This document shows positions 12,082 to 24,826 of a stretch of 64,000 nucleotides of DNA, piece by piece (position 1 is the stretch's first letter; each line of letters starts with the position of its first letter). The notes beneath the pieces were generated by a model, which worked only from the letters and a program-made list of their open reading frames with translations, made no database searches and was not told the origin of the DNA. The DNA comes from the human T2T-CHM13v2.0 reference genome, Homo sapiens. The stretch is taken from positions 19,456,001-19,520,000 of the forward strand of contig CP086569.2 in the NCBI GenBank assembly GCA_009914755.4. The letters are read 5' to 3'. The translations under genes and the position numbers were made by a program.

Positions 12082-12390
12082 CTTGAATCCCAGCATTTTT
12101 GGGAGGCTGAGGTGCATGGGTCATGAGGTCAGGAGATCGAGACCATCCTGGCGAACACGGTAAAACCCAGTTCCTACTAAAAAGTTAAAAAATGAGCCAG
12201 GCATGGTAGTGGGCCCCTATAGTCCCAGTTACTCCAAAGGTTGAGGCCAGAGAATGGGAGGAACCCAGGAGGCGGGCTTGCAATGAGCTGAGATCCCACC
12301 AATGCACTCCAGTCTGGGCAACAGAGTGAGACTCTGTCTAAAAAATAAATAAATAAATAAAATAAGAAAAAAAGAAAATATTTTCAATCA
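12082..12390 (+). mobile_element. Alu SINE, slightly 5'-truncated, with target-site duplication; copy-A-specific
   Basis: Alu body ends with an (aaata)n tail. Direct repeat attttcaatc at 12073-12082 and 12380-12389. Copy B has the single uninterrupted site (ctttcaatcagtgtcaaagg near 30775). Confidence 0.85.
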
Positions 12391-14523
12391 GTGCCAAGGG
12401 CTTCTTGAAGTTCCAATCAAGTGTTACAATAAATATTTGTAGATAATGGTCGATACTTATGCATACTTATTTTAAAGATATATTTAGGTGGGAATAGTTG
12501 TGGATGTATTAAGAGTAATGAAATAGAATGTTAGCTTCATTTACTTGTGTTTTTACCATATAATAAATCCTATCATTTTTTTTTTTTTGTCCTCAGTATG
12601 GTGTCACATTTGAATAATGTGCATAACAAAGATTTCACATTGTTATAAAATCAAGTCTGTGAATGCTACTTGTTTTATTTCTGGCAAAAATCTCTTCAGC
12701 AATTTAAGAAAATATTATAATTCACTGGTGCAGTATTGGGCATAAAATTGCCACTAGCACTTTGTAGTTATCTGTATAAAGTTAAAAGTTTTCTGACCAG
12801 TTTTGTAGCAAATTAAATCCATCTACCTGTAAGATTAACAAGGCTGAAACTTGGGCAAAGTACAAAACAAGGGCCCCTGTGCAGTTGCTTATTTTTCAAA
12901 TGGATGGTACAAAAGTTGATGGAAAGATTTACTCAGGAATATAAAGAAACCTAGTTCTAACAGTTACTCTCTAGAGTAGCAGAGCTAAATATGTTACTCA
13001 GGATTTTATTTAACCTGTTAAATTATTAAGGGAAAGACCACAGTTATGATAGAAAAAAATCAAAAATTTTGTTTCAGGTTTATTTGGTATCTTCATAATG
13101 TTCTCAGTTTCTTCCCTGGGGAGTTTCTGCCTTAGCTTACAGGTTTTATAGTCAGTAATTCTTAATGAATCAATAAATTCTTTAATGCAAATTTCTAATA
13201 GTTTCTCTTGGCTGACTAAAGGAACCATTCAGGGTTTGTGTATGGAACACGCTGTGTTGGGAAACCAGGTACATTTTGACTTTGTCACTAGATTGAAGCA
13301 TGCCTGCAGGGAGAATTCTTGGACCATCCTTCTTGAGCACTGATTACATGGGGGAAAGGGAATGATTTTGAAATTAGGTATGCATTAATTTTATAAAATA
13401 CATTGCCCTAAGAACCATTATTGGAACATATATGTAATTTAAAAGCCTAAAAACTGTGGTGACTTCTAAAAATAAAATTTAGCAAGTACATCAAAATAAA
13501 CCATCAGGTATGCTTTTAACACCAGGATACTTCAGACTTACATAAAATATTAATGTCAGTACTCATGTACTTGTTATATGATGATAAGTCTTTTCTTTCT
13601 TACTCCTAAAATAGTAAGTCATCTCAACCTTTACAAACTTTGACAAATCAAAATCTCTTAAATATTTTATCTTAAGCAAAAAACTATAAATTTTTCTCAA
13701 AAGAGTGAAACATTTGAAAGACGCAAGGATCCATATAAACTTTGGATTTTTAATGCCTTTTTACCTTCTTGTCTTCAATGGGGAAGAAAGATACCCATTG
13801 CAAGCAGTTAAAATAAACCACAGAAGCCCTGGATGTCTTCCACCCACAGATTCCCCTGTCCATGGGCATTGGCAACTTATCTGTTGACTCCTGGTCTTGC
13901 TTCCACTGAATGATTTTTATGTATTTCTCTAAGGAATTTTCACAGTGAGCACATTTGTCTTTGGTTTCTTCATTACTCATTCTTAATTCATTTTTTAAAT
14001 CTAATTCATTTTTTCAGTGTTCACTTATTCCTGAATCATCCTCTTTAAAACACATGGGCACCAAAGCAGGAAATACACAAATACATTTGTAAAATATTTT
14101 AAGTGTTTAAAAAGGCCGTAATATAATCGCAATTTTTAAATTACAGCATGTATGTCAGTGAACTGATTTTTAAAATTGAAGTCATTGCTATCATCAACAG
14201 AAGGCAAATAGGTCATCTCAATGAAGGAAGCGATTAATTTCCTTCAAGTGGCCTGTGCTTTAGATTTGAATTAACCAGGAGTCTTGGGAACATCATATGT
14301 TGGTGTAATTCAAGCAAGACTTAGAATGTGTGTTAACTGGACAGAGAAATGTATCTGCTAAGCCAGAATCAGAACACAGAAGGGAAGCAGAGGTGCAGAG
14401 GAAGGAGGGAGGCGGTGTATGTCCCTGTAAGCAACCTTGGAATGGAAGCCACCTCCACCCTTGGTTTCTTCTACTGCCTGCTATCTGACGTTGACAACCT
14501 CTTGTTTAAGCTCCGTTTTTTGT

Positions 14524-14582
14524 TTAATTGGCTTTTGTTTATGTTTTTTGTTTTTTGTTTTGTTTTGTTTTGTTTTGAAACG
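14524..14582. repeat. (GTTTT)n simple repeat
   Basis: tttttgttttttgttttgttttgttttgttttg. Confidence 0.85.
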
Positions 14583-16099
14583 GAGTCCTGCAAGTGGACG
14601 GCGGCCCCTCCTAGGGTTTTAGCAATTACTCGGATGTGGACCCTTTCCATAACTTTTATTCTACTCCTGATCTCTATACATAGCCTCACATCCACATTTC
14701 TGATAGTTTCCCTCCAAACACATGCAGAAACTCCACAGCACCAGCTTCATCACAGGAGTGATTATCCCAGTTCTTCGCTCACGCTCTATCTTCCATCCAC
14801 CCAGTAACCAGCGCTGGCACATTCCCACTCCCTGTCCTGTGGCTGCAAGAGGGGTCTTCCTCATCATCTGCCTGGAATACTGAAACAGCCCTGTCAAGGC
14901 TCTCTGTGAATTCAGTCTCTGCCTGCCAGATACCTGTGGTCATCTGCACTAGGCATTCCCTGAAGGGAAGATATGTATCTCATGTGCAGTGTCTCCGTTC
15001 TGGCAGAGTCCAATGCCTTGGTATTCTGGGCTCTGATAATCTGCCTTTTTCTTTCCAGATTGATTTCCCACAACACCACCAACGTTGTACTAGAAATGTT
15101 TCATCTGTACCAACCTGCTTGCTGGGGCTGGGCTATGGCTGTATCTTCCTTGCTTGGCATTTGCCTTCACTGTCTCCTCAACCTGTGGCACTCTCATTCT
15201 GTCATAAAGCCTGATATGCTGTTGGAGACCCAAATGAAATTTCATCTCCTCCTTATTTCTGAATTGAAAAGTAACCACTCCAGCACCTTACTTGCACAAT
15301 ATCTTGTACCTGCTTCTTGAAAATATACACATATTTGTTTCTCCTACTTCTATTTTTTCCAGGGAAGGCCCATATTTTAACAAATTGTCTTTTCCCTCTG
15401 CATCTTGGCATGGGTCCCTACATCTCAAATATTTAAATAGACCTCATTCTCAGAGACAACTATGCTGACCTTTCTCTTCTGGTTCTAGCCATAACCTATT
15501 TTTTTTTTTTTTGGTAAGTTAGCAATGCAAATAAGCAGAAAAATATATAGGTTCACCATAGGACTCTGAACTTTTTGCTCACCTTGTTCTAAAGTCATCA
15601 ACAGGGACTGAGTTAGTTTCAAAAATAGGAGAAAAGCAACACAGTTTTTTCTCTATCTACTCTATCTACACCTGCCATCTCTTCTCAATCCTTCTCATAA
15701 AATTAAAATAACTGAAGAGACAGTTGATCATTTCCACAGGCAGAAATGTAACATCCTCTGTGCTAGAAGAACAAGAAGAAAAAAGTTACTCATAAATGAG
15801 GTTTCTTTCTTATATGGAATAGTAATTTCAAGATAGCAATGTTATTTAAGCACCTCTTTGTTAAGAAAGAAAGAGGAAGAAAAACTACTTCTTTGCTCTG
15901 GTGTATATTTTGTAACTACACAGTGGAATACTGAAGGATCTTTGGACACAACGGAAAGAAATGAAGTACGTCCATTGGGCACCTTATATCAGAAACAGTA
16001 AATTTCAGACTTTTCAATTTCCTTTGAGCCCAGATGAACAAGTGAAATGAGGAATATGCTACTCACTATGCTGTTTAATAAATTATTTTTATTATTCTT

Positions 16100-16389
16100 A
16101 TTTTTTTTTAGATGGACTCTCACCAACTTGCCCAGGCTGGAGTACAGTTGAGTGGTCAGCTCAATGCAACCTCTGCCTCCTGGGTTCAAGTGATGCTTCT
16201 GCTTCAGCCTCCCAAGTAGCTGGCACTACAGGTGCATGCCACCACGCTTGGCTAATTTTTGTTTTTTTTTAGTGGAGATCTGGTTTCAACCATGTTAACC
16301 AGGATGGTCTTGATCTCCTGCCCTCATGATCCACTTGCCTCAGCATCCCAAAGTGCTGGGGTTACAGACGTGAGCCAACGAGCCCAGTC
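16100..16389 (-). mobile_element. Alu SINE, reverse orientation; copy-A-specific
   Basis: Poly(T) then gatggactctcaccaacttgcccaggctggagtacagt ... gactgggctcgttggctcac (rc). Flanking aataa(a)ttattttta direct repeat. Copy B is uninterrupted at 36590-36640. Confidence 0.85.
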
Positions 16390-17011
16390 AATAATTTTTA
16401 AAGCCAATATTATAATCGACATTCCATCTCAGAGGCAGAACACCAAGTTATTCAGTTGAATTCCCTCATCTTATTGTGTTCTTTTTACTCCCTTTCCCAG
16501 GTCTGTGACAAATGGCTGCCTGTCAGAAACTCCCTCTTGTGGCCATGGCCCCTACTCACCTGCTTCAGCCCACCCCTGCTGCAGTACTGAGTAATAGCTT
16601 ACTGATCATCTGCCTCAGTGGCTAGAAATTCAGGATGAAACGAGTTTGGTTTGATTCACTGTCATATGATCAGCCCCAAGGAAACTGCCCAGCAGAGACA
16701 GGCTCTAGATGAGGACTTACAGAGTGCTTTCCAGAGCACATTTACTCTTGAATCAGCAAAATCAAACTTCTCAAAACCCCTTGCCTCTTTAAGTAATTCT
16801 GTATGTTTCTGAAAGCCATGACTTTAACCAGAAAACTGCTAACCAGATGTTTGGAAATGTTTGTAAGATGATGTATTTCCAACATTTGGGAGGGATGAAG
16901 AGGTGGCCTTACTTGTGAAAACAGCTTTCATATTTGAAGAGTAACACTATGGTGCCAGAAGAAAAGGGCCTGGCTGTTTGCTCATCCCTAGAATAAAGGA
17001 CAAATCTCCTA

Positions 17012-17545
17012 CTGTTGTGGGAATTAAGGAACAGGAGAGACCAATGAGTGGAACAGGAGGATTTTATTGGATGTAGCTTGACTTAGTGGAATAGCATTTA
17101 AAGGCTGAGCCCTGAACAAAGACAGGGCTTGACTTTTAACACAAGCACCCAAAGAGGGTTGGCCAGCTAGTGGCATGAAATCTGCAGGATGGGCAAGCAA
17201 GCTTATAGAAGCAGAACAAAGACACTTTTTTAAAGAAAGTGACAGGTGTTGTAACTCACGCATGTCTCATGACCTTTGCAATAATACTTGGATAGAAAAA
17301 CAACAGCAACTTTCAAAATGTTTGTAAACCTCCAGAAGTGGTTATAAAAATAGCTGTGAGAGCAGCACAAAGAATATTGGTGTGGCATGAGAGTTCTAAA
17401 GAGGGGAAATTGATAAGAAGAACTTGTTTTTCTCATTCCTGCTTCTCAAATCCATTCTTTCCAGGCCCTAGCTCTGCTAATAGTGCTATTAGAGCCCCAA
17501 CAGGTTCTGGCTTATCACTGGGTGTTGGAGTGAGTCACCTCAGTA
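17012..17545 (-). repeat. HERV-1 3' LTR
   Basis: Starts tgttgtgggaattaagg...ggctgagccctgaacaaagacagggc, homologous to the HERV-2 LTR starts at 39963 and 48121. The rc contains ccAATAAAatcc and a TATA-like box. Confidence 0.7.
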
Positions 17546-19790
17546 CAGAGAAAATTTTTTGTGTGTGTGTGGTGTTGTTTTTTAGCATTCCCCAATTCAT
17601 TTCCACCTTTGATGCTTTTCTTAAATGAGGTTTAATAGAGAATATAATCACCATTTAATTCTTCAAGGTGGGGCAGTTCCCTATTTGTCAGTGGTTGGTA
17701 TTTAGTTAGAGCCATTAGTTGAGCGGTCGTGCATGGCCTCCATGGCTGCTTGAATGTTTCTAACAAGGAAGGTCAGAGACAAGAGAGAGCAAGGGAGAAT
17801 CCTAGTATGGCTAGAACTATTTTTGCTAAGGTCTTAAATTCTTCAAGGGATGAAAACGAGACCCTGAATAGGAAAACTGGAGACTATCCTTTCCAGGTCT
17901 GGGCTGTAACATGGGCCAGTTTTGGGATTTTGGCAGTTATATTCTTGATGACCTTTAATTTGATATTAATTTCTAAGCAGCAATTTTTTAGACTGAACTT
18001 TCCACATGCCCCTCCTTCCTGGACTAGGAGGTAGTTTAAGGCCAGTCGATTTTGATGAGTAGCATTCTTCATTTTTGTGGCTTGTTGGGCCAGCAGATTT
18101 AGGGCATTTGCAGTATTATTAATAATAATTTTCAGCACCACCTGTAACCTTATGAGGTGGTAGAGCATGAAAATAGGGATGCACTATCACCACATTCCAT
18201 TTTCTGCCTGGGTGGCTGGGCCATGGTATTCGATTTTTTTTTTTTGTAGGGGACCATTTATTGTTTTACCGATTTCTTATGGTTATGTCTTTTGAATTTT
18301 TGTTTGTTTTGTATTTGTTTTATCATAGACTGGGTATCCTAAAGATTCTCCCTGTTCCAAGGGGATTAGAAAGAAGACAGCCTAATTGTTCCTGGTACCC
18401 AGGCCCCTGACCATTTAGCCAGCAACGGCCAATATGCCTATGGCCCACAGATACTATAGAGGCCAGTGGGCACCTGCCAGGTATTGGGAGCTTTAAGTTG
18501 GTACAAACAATGGTTTAGAGAAGGGAATCAGGAAAATGGGCTTGGTTGGGGTGGTTTGGAATTATTTTTACTCCAACAGACAGTGTTTCTTAGTGTTTTA
18601 GTGTAATATTGTTCTAGGCAAGTTGACTTTCCTGCTGGGTCTGTAAATGTGTTTCTCCGACGAGCAATGCAGAATTTTCTGATAATGGAGGTCTTTAAGA
18701 ACCAGATGCTCTTGCTTGTGAACACAGGTTCGGGGGAAGAGACAGTACGAGTGAAGTTATTTTGGGGCATTAGCTTTCTTGCCTCCCATGGCCATTGGTG
18801 CCCCGTCAAGCATAGCATGAGGAGTTATGTAGGCTGCCGGCTATGTTTTCAGCCAATTAAGCAAACGGGATTGTGGTTAAGGGAGAGGGCTCAAATATTT
18901 TCTGGTTGATATTTTTAAGGAATGACTTATAAACTTGGAGTTTTTGGGTGGAATGTATCCAAGATTTCTTGATAATATATCAATAGACTTCTGAGTCTGT
19001 TTTCTGGCCACTACCTTGTATTTCCAGCAGAGTCTTTAAACCTGCATTCCATATGGGCAGATCCGGTTTAAGATGGTGAGATTTACAAGATTGCAACAGC
19101 TTGTCTTACAATTTTTTGTTCAGGTATTTTGGTAAGTATGACTGGCCCCGGCGATTGCAGGTTAGAGGACTGAATTATGCAGTTCCAGCAAGTTGTCTGA
19201 GAAATTGGCAAAGCAAGCAAGGGGTGCACATATATTTTTGTGACAACTATTACGGTGCTCTTCAGAATTGGAGATTATGGGAAAGGTTGTGCCCATCAAT
19301 GTTAACTGGCACATATTAAAAGATAAGGACATAACTCCCCTGTGGGAGGGTGAGGCCTTGGTTTGGTGTGGCAGGTTTCCTTCTTTTGACCCATAAACTT
19401 TAAAAGAGGTCCCAGGTAGGAATTTTGGGTTATAACATACATAACGCTGGCCGTTTCCTGGGTCACAGACTGAGTAAGTTGTCTGGTTGTGAGTACAAGT
19501 TCCTAGGTGGGTCCCTGTCTACTTTTGATAAATGTGGTATAACAGGGTTTTGGTTATGGTGCTCCCTGACTGAGTATTGTGAGTGTAGTGGGGGCACTCT
19601 TCTATGGTCTCCTTTTCTGACACAAATAAGGGGAGTATTACAGTTAGGAGGGAAAGAAGTGGGCTTAGTTATCCCTGTGCCTGGAGTAGGAACTAAGTAA
19701 AGAGTAACATGTTTATATCCAAGAGGAAAAGAAGAGGTTTTTACCCAGCGGAGGAGTTTGAAGAAAGTGACAGAACGATAGTAAAACAAC
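17546..19790 (-). pseudogene. HERV-1 env remnant (SU plus TM), multiple stops
   Basis: ORFs 19463-19789 and 18528-18818 (SU-like) and 17884-18168 (TM). This region is largely deleted in HERV-2. Confidence 0.65.
17884..18168 (-). pseudogene. env transmembrane subunit fragment with immunosuppressive-domain-like motif and CX6CC
   Basis: ...[36 protein letters not shown]... compared with the gamma-type TM consensus [27 protein letters not shown]. The CX6CC spacing is intact. Confidence 0.75.
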
Positions 19791-20504
19791 GATTTGATTT
19801 AAGATTTTAATCATTATTTTATTATTATTTTACTCCAGCTTTGACCGTACGTAGACTAGTCAACTTCCAGGATGACTAGAGCAGGGCTGTTGACTCCTCA
19901 GATTTTAGCTGAGCAGAGACTGGTCAGCTTTTGGAGTGACCAGAGCAGGGCTGTCATCATTTCTCATGGCAACTTGGTCCTGTCACAGGATTAACTGGCT
20001 CCAGTGATCTGGGTCATGTTGGCTGCCAGTTTTAACTGACTGTGGAGGATCCAGCGCACAGTTTCTGCAACTTTAACTGCCGTGGAAGTGGACAAGGTTA
20101 GAGTATAGGGCCCATCCCATGTGGGTCCTAAAGTGGTTGGATTTTATTTCTTATGTGCACAGAAGCCCCAGGTCTAAAGGAGTATGCTGGTTTTGCTAGG
20201 CTTATGGGCAGTTTTTCCCATACTCAGCCATGGACCACTTGCATGGCTGTCTTTAAGGCCTGCATTTGCCTTCTTAAAGTTAATTTCCCTAGTTCACAAA
20301 TGTCACCCCTAATTTGAGCTATGATTGGGGGTGGCCGGCAGAAGATTCCATAGGACAAATATCCAGTTTGTTTTGTGGGGGTATACCTGACTCAGAGGAG
20401 CACCATGGGCAGGACTTGATTCCATTCCAGATGGGTTTCTTGGCAATATTTTTTAGAAGCTGTTTGAGTGTCTAGTTCATGTATCCTACTTTTTCTGAGC
20501 TTTG

Positions 20505-20705
20505 TCACAGGTAGACTGTGTTTAGTTTCCATTTTATTTTTAACAGCCATGTTAGTCCCTGAATTATCTCAGCTGTAAATTCCAGCCCATTTTCTGACCT
20601 CAGAGTTAGAGGCAGTCTAAATCTGGGGATAATATCTCTTAACCGTACTTCAGTTACTTCTCCTGATTTCTCTGTTGGGGTGTGGAAAGCCTCAAACCAT
20701 CCCAA
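20505..20705 (-). pseudogene. pol integrase catalytic-core fragment
   Basis: GWFEAFHTPTEKSGEVTEVRLRDIIPRFRLPLTLRSENGLEFTAEIIQGLTWLLKIKWKL compared with the gammaretroviral IN core GWVEAFPT..ETA..V...LL.EIIPRFGLP..IGSDNGPAF. Confidence 0.75.
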
Positions 20706-21042
20706 AAAGGTACAGACAAGCCCCAGTAGGTACTGATAGTCCCCTGATTGGGGCAGTTTGGTGAAGTTTATAAGAAGTTTTTCACAGGGTGTGGCTCCCG
20801 TTTCCTGAATTCCCAGGGGCCTAGTGGGCCCTTGTCATAGCTTGTTCTGGGCACAAGTTAGACATTGTTTGCAGATGGATCAAGTGATGGCAGGCAGCCG
20901 CAGCACATAAACATGGTGTCCTAATAGTGTTTTCAGTGACGTTTTACCCATATGGGTTCCTTGATAGAATTGTCTTACAAATTTTAGAGCCACTGTTTCA
21001 TGGTTGGCTAGCCTCCTGTTGGAGAATTTTCACCATAACATT

Positions 21043-21441
21043 TTATATATTTTCCAGACTCTTGGGCAAAGCAGGGCTTCTCATTTGGAGGTAACTTGAA
21101 ACCTCCGAGAGGAGAGGCTTTGGAAGTAGAGGCATAGCTATGGCTTTCTTCTTAAACTGAAGGGTAGTCATTGCTGCCCCTCTTGCCTCTCTGTCTATCT
21201 TTTTGTTCTTTTTGGCCTCCAGTGTTCCTGCCTTTTGGTGCCCCCTGCAGTGCATAACAGCCATCTTCTTCGAAGCACATACAGCATCTAAGAGTTGCAG
21301 AATTTTTTCTTTGTACTTTATTTTTTTGCCTACAGCCATTAAGAGTCCTTTTTCTTTATATATAGCCCCATTGTCATGCAACGTGGCAAACGTATATTTG
21401 GAATCTGTATAAACATTGACCATTTCGCCTTTTGCTAGCAA
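21043..21441 (-). pseudogene. pol RNase H domain
   Basis: VNVYTDSKYTFATLHDNGAIYKEKGLLMAVGKKIKYKEKILQLLDAVCASKKMAVMHCRGHQK matches the YTDSRYAF..HG.IW..RGLLTS.GK.I.N..EI..LL.A...PK.VAVIHC.GHQK RNase H signature. Confidence 0.85.
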
Positions 21442-22017
21442 AATGGTCTCCTTAGGGCTATTAGCTCTGCCTTTTGGGCTGACATTCTGGTGGGCAGTGG
21501 CTGAGCTTCTACCACTGAGTCTAATATCATCACAGCATACCCAGCTTGCTGGACACCTTTCAGTGTAAAGCTGCTTCTATATGTATAGCATTTAACATCT
21601 GGGTTCCAAAGGGGTTGTTCTGTAAGGTATCTCTGGATTCAGAGTACCGTGTCTACTGTTTCCATAGAGTCATGAAAGGGGACTCCAGGTTCAATCGGGA
21701 GCAGGAGATAGCCAGCTTAAGGGTGTTTATTATTTTGAAAGTTATGTGGGAATTTTTGCATAAGAGCACCTGGTACCGAGTCATTCTCGGACTTGATAAC
21801 TAATGGTGCCCTGTCTAATCCATTAAAGTTAGAACTGAATGCGGTACCTGGATGGTCAGTTGTTGTCTTAGAGTCAGTTTTTTAGCTTCTTGTTCCAATA
21901 AGGAGGTGGCAGTTAGTGCCCTAAGCCAAGGAGGCTACCCTAGGGCCACAGAGTTCAATTGTGTCGATAAGTACACCCCTGGGTGATGTCATGATTTCAT
22001 GACTTGACTCAGGACCC

Positions 22018-22630
22018 CTATAGCCAATCCCTTTTGTTCATGAAGAGAGGCTTGATTATATTTGGCAGTCCTATGGCTAGGGCCTTAGTTAAGGCTTGTT
22101 TGGGTTGTTTAAACACCTTCTTCTCCTGGACAACCTCCAAAAGGAGGGGTTCCCTTTCCCCCCTCTTTGTGCCCTTATGTAAGGGCTTGGCCATTAGTAA
22201 CAAATCTGGGATCCATATACAGCAGAACCATGCTTTCCCCAAGAATTTTCTTATTTGGCACTGGGTGGCCTGAGTTGGGAGTGCATAAACACGTTGCTTT
22301 TGCTCACTGTTAAGCCAGTGTTCCCCTTGGCTTACTATGAATCCCAGATTTTTTATGCTTTCTTGGCAAAATTGGGCCTTCTTTCTGAATACCTTATAAC
22401 CAGTTTTCTATAAACATGGTGGAGAAAGACTTGGGTTCCTTGGTAGCAGTCCCCTGGCGTTGGGTCTGCCAGGAGAAGGTTGTTAACATATTGTAGCAAG
22501 GCACAGTTGTCATTTGGTGGGGTGTGGGCCTTAAGGTCTGATTCCAGTGTGTTTCCAAAGACTGTGGGAGTCTAGCCCATGTGAGCTCCTCCCCCATGCC
22601 TGTGACTGAATCGTGCCATTGAAATGCCAA
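22018..22630 (-). pseudogene. pol reverse transcriptase remnants (palm and thumb/connection)
   Basis: ORF 22018-22242 reads GKAWFCCIWIPDLLLMAKPLHKGTKRGE...KQALTKALAIGLPNIIKPLF (MLV [30 protein letters not shown]...KQALLTAPALGLPDLTKPF). ORF 22394-22630 has LPQSL (LPQGF) and a degenerate YxDD as YNML. Confidence 0.75.
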
Positions 22631-23194
22631 GATGGGCTGACTAACTGGTGCCAGGTGAAGACAGAAAAAAATATTCTTTAAGTCCAGGCTAGTAAATTAG
22701 GCAGCACTTGCCAGAATGAGTCCTATTAGTGTGTATGGGTTTGGTACCACCAGGTGGATGGTTACAGTAGCCTGGTTCACATCATGTAAGTTTTGCACTG
22801 GCTTATATTTACCAGACCCTGGATTTTGTATCGGTAGGAGTAGAGTGTTCCAGGTTGACTGGCGCCAGACGAAGTTTCTGTGTTTGAAAAGTCACTTTAA
22901 ATGTTTGTGAATGCCCTGTGTGTCTTCTCAGGGAAATGGGTATTGGAGAACCTCAACTGTGGTTGCTCCCGGTTTTAGCTTTACTATTACTGGTGCCTGA
23001 TTTAGAGCCAGCCCCAGTGGGTTATTCTTAGCCCATAGTCCAAAAATTTTACCAGGTAGCATAAATAACTTCTCCAGCCCAGGCTTTTGAGACAATTCCG
23101 GTGACTGTTATGTGTATATTCTTTATTCCTCAGCCTGTGTAATGATGAGGGTTAACACCATGACCTTTGGGTGAGTTAGGTTTAAAGTTATATC

Positions 23195-23896
23195 CTAGTG
23201 TGTCCCAAAAGCAATCTGTGCCTGCAGTTTCTGGAGCAGGTCCCTTCCAAGTAAGGGAACTCGGCAATTTGGGAGGTATAGGATTTCATGTTGGACTTCT
23301 TGTCCCCCTATGACACAACTCCTTGGCCAGAAAAATGGCCTCTTTTCTGGGACCTCTGTAGCCCCAATAATAGTTGCATCGTGTTTAGATAGTGGCTCTA
23401 TGGGCTGTATCACTTCTGAGTGATTAGTGCTAGTGTTCACCATAAAGTCCATCTGTTGATCCCCTACTTCTGCTGTGATCACGGGCTCCTGGGGGCCTTG
23501 GGAGATGCAGCCCAGTCTTGCATTGTCTTCATATTTTTCAGTCTCTACCAGCCTCATCAAGTTGATGCCTGGCCCCCTTAGGGTGTGGTGGTCCTTGGCT
23601 GGCCATTTTATAGATTTATGTCCACTGTTATTTCTTTTACTGCCCTCTAAACACTTATTTTTCCAGTGTCCCCTCTTTTTGGATTGTGCACATTGATCCC
23701 TATCTAGTCTCAGCTGACTTTTGAGTCTCTGCCCTGTTTGGCCCCTTCCACATCTGCATCTGTATCTGCGTCTGCTTGTGACGATAGCTTCCCTTTCCAT
23801 GAGGGCTGCCGCTAGCAGATTGGCCCGCTTCCTGAGTCTCCAATCAGCCTCCCTTTGTGCCTCCTGGTCACAGTTAATGTACACCTTGGTGGCCAC
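23195..23896 (-). pseudogene. gag nucleocapsid (CCHC zinc knuckle) plus protease fragment; longest ORF in window (233 aa)
   Basis: RDQCAQSKKRGHWKNKC (MLV NC RDQCAYCKEKGHWAKDC). Protease-like EPVITAEVGDQQMDFMVNTSTNHSEVIQP...PLLGRDLLQKLQAQIAFG (MLV [30 protein letters not shown]...PLLGRDLLTKLKAQIHF). The active-site DTG is replaced by NTS. Confidence 0.85.
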
Positions 23897-24388
23897 TTCT
23901 AAAAGCTGGGTTGCCTTTATGCTTGCAAAACCATCTAGCTTCAGCAGTTTTTACCTGATATCCCCCTGGGCTTGTCCTACAAATGCTGTGCTTACCATCT
24001 GCCGATTCTTAGTATCCTCAGTGTCGAAAGGAGTGTAAAGCCAGAATGCCTCACAGAGTTTCTAATAAAATTGGCTAGGGCTCTCATCAGTTTCTGGAAG
24101 CACTTTAGAGATTTTTCATATACTGACTGCTTGTTTTCTGCCTTCCTTCAGACTTTGCAGGAGGGCTCCTCAGTACCTCTGCAGGTGCTGAAACTGGGTC
24201 AAAGCATGTGAGTCCCAGTGGGGGTCTTCCTCTGGGAACTGGAACTGAGCGTATGCCTGGAATGGCACATTGGCTTCTAGCCAGTGGAGGGTTGACTGAG
24301 CCATCCATCGGTGCTCTTTAGTGTTGAACAGCAGCAACAGAAGCTGTTTACTATCTGGCCAAGTTGGATTATGTGTCTGGAAAATAGA

Positions 24389-24826
24389 CTACATCAGATC
24401 TAAGAGGGCCTGGGGCTTCTCCATGTAGGAGGGAATATGGTATTTCCAGTTTAGGGGATCAGTGATTAAAATAGGCTGGCAGATGGAGGTCCATTGCCCC
24501 CCATTGAATATGGCCATGTTCATCATAGTAGAGGGGTCCCCAAGTCTCCCTGAGAGGCATCTGCAGAACCGGGGCATGGCCAGACCAGAGGCAGCTCTCT
24601 TGATTATTCTGACAGTCCTCCTTGACCTCCTGGGACAGGGGCTCTGATTTCTCCCTTTGGGGTGAAACCTGGGGTGTGTCACCTTCTGAATTGACTCCTC
24701 AGAGGCCGTTGGCCTCGGTAAAGGGAGGCAGATAGGGGTATAGGGAGGAGGGATTTCTGTCTCCTCTTGTGGTTTCTGTAAAGCCAGTTTTTCTTGCCCT
24801 TTTTGTGGCTTTTCCTTTCTCTCCAT
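24389..24826 (-). pseudogene. gag p12-like region with PPPY late-domain motif and capsid N-terminus
   Basis: EIPPPYTPICLPLP (PPPY L-domain), then ...ITDPLNWKYHIPSYMEKPQALLDLM (gamma CA N-terminus [25 protein letters not shown]). Confidence 0.75.

Larger units (their letters stand above)
5830..17011. repeat. Segmental duplicate copy A (about 11.2 kb, excluding later insertions); paralogous to 25722-37212
   Basis: Collinear homology blocks at about 80% identity: 5840-6356 with 25722-26215; 10037-11270 with 26216-27443; 11473-13010 with 30165-31395; 13020-17011 with 32806-37212. Copy-specific indels at 6357-10036, 11281-11472, 12082-12390 and 16100-16389. Confidence 0.85.

Noticed and set aside
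14349-14807. 152-aa ORF spanning the (GTTTT)n repeat
   Set aside because: Low-complexity Leu/Phe-rich translation driven by the simple repeat.
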